Part shown: piece after piece, positions 46,615 through 47,395 of the stretch
How the letters are laid out: each line of letters opens with the position of its first letter
Numbering within the stretch: the stretch's first letter is position 1
NCBI RefSeq assembly: GCF_001194135.2
Contig: NC_069002.1
Coordinates: forward strand, 35,838,905-35,886,299
Origin: Octopus bimaculoides
Taxonomy: Eukaryota
Reading direction: 5' to 3'
Length of the DNA: 47,395 nucleotides
Made by a program: the position numbers and the translations under genes
The notes under the pieces: generated by a model
Told to the model about the DNA's origin: nothing
Databases searched by the model: none
The model's input: only the letters and a program-made list of their open reading frames with translations

Positions 46615-46803
46615 GAAATAATAATAATAATGATGATGATGATGATGATGATGGTGATGATAACATCGAAAAATACCTTAGGAATGAGAACCTAGGTTTG
46701 AAATTTCCCCAAGACACCTGAAGAAGGCTGGAGGGTATATCAGCCGAAAGGTTGTGTTAACAATAAACAAAATGAGGACAAATATCCGTCGAATGTAAAT
46801 AAC
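46615..46803 (+). mobile_element. Inverted partial copy of the family F tail, with a degenerate second HHR at 46713-46758
   Basis: Reverse complement of about 46310-46450, with about 10 substitutions by eye. Its HHR reads GACAC-CTGAAGA-A-GGCTG..CAGCC-GAAA-GG-TT-GTGTT, with the stem III palindrome broken. Confidence 0.8.
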
Positions 46804-47395
46804 GAGGTCGACTTTGCCTTTCATCCGTTCGGGGTCGATAAATTAAGTACCAGTCAAGTACTGGGGTCGATGTAATCGACTTACCCGTACCTCAAAATTT
46901 CAGTCCTTGTGCTTATAATAGAGAGGATATATAATCTATGCACGAGAAGATCTCATACACCTTATCTTACTGGATCTGATATGTTAATTTTTACATTGCA
47001 AAGAAATTACTGCTTGCAGCTTTTAAATTGAATTATTATTTGTCTGATGTCGAATAACTAATGAATATGCAAATCAAAGCAGATAAGATTCCAAATTATC
47101 ATATTTTATAAATTGTTGGCAGTACATCAAATATACGAAACTAAGTTATTTTTGTTGTTTCGCCTCAGAGCATTCGTGAAAGAAAAATTCCACGATGAAT
47201 TTCTTCAGCACACATTTGCTCTGTTTTTCGCTATTTTTCTTTTTTACACAGCCTACCCAGAATTACACTATTCAATGTGTTCCTCGTCTTTTAAAGACAG
47301 TTGGATGTAATTTGAAAGAGATTTGGCGGTTATTTCTTGCGTATCATGCGACTGAATATGTGACTTTCCATTACGAAGCTTAGCTGCCCATATAT

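Larger units (their letters stand above)
46186..46930 (+). mobile_element. Family C SINE split by the family F insertion
   Basis: The 5' part runs to GAGGTCGACTTT (46264-46275). The 3' part resumes at the identical GAGGTCGACTTT (46804-46815) and continues GCCTTTCATCC. Confidence 0.9.

Overview
AT-rich, microsatellite-rich eukaryotic DNA with 11 N-gaps. The SINE families look like coleoid cephalopod, most likely Octopus (inference from recalled repeat families). Two protein-coding genes lie head-to-head. (1) LRRC51-like: minus strand, CDS 9094-8345, 249 aa, no intron in the CDS. (2) RNF145-like TRC8_N + RING-H2 E3 ligase: plus strand, two coding exons, 19892-20087 and 27557-29520, joined by a phase-1 GT-AG intron, 719 aa. 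The ORF track shows these exons only as separate, mis-started ORFs. The rest is transposon-derived: at least four tRNA-headed SINE families, RTE-type 3' tails, decayed RTE, R4/Dong and mariner coding fragments, hAT, Tc1/mariner and piggyBac-like MITEs, and a Helitron 3' end. The most striking signal is a set of minimal type-I hammerhead ribozyme (HHR) motifs of the kind carried by Penelope-like elements (PLEs), from several unrelated sequence families, some in fold-back structures. The clearest case, at 46276-46803, is a tRNA-headed SINE whose 3' part carries an HHR. It is joined to an inverted copy of its own tail and flanked by a 12-bp target-site duplication (TSD), which suggests a Pol III SINE mobilised by PLE machinery. 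All alignments and folds were done by eye; no searches were run.
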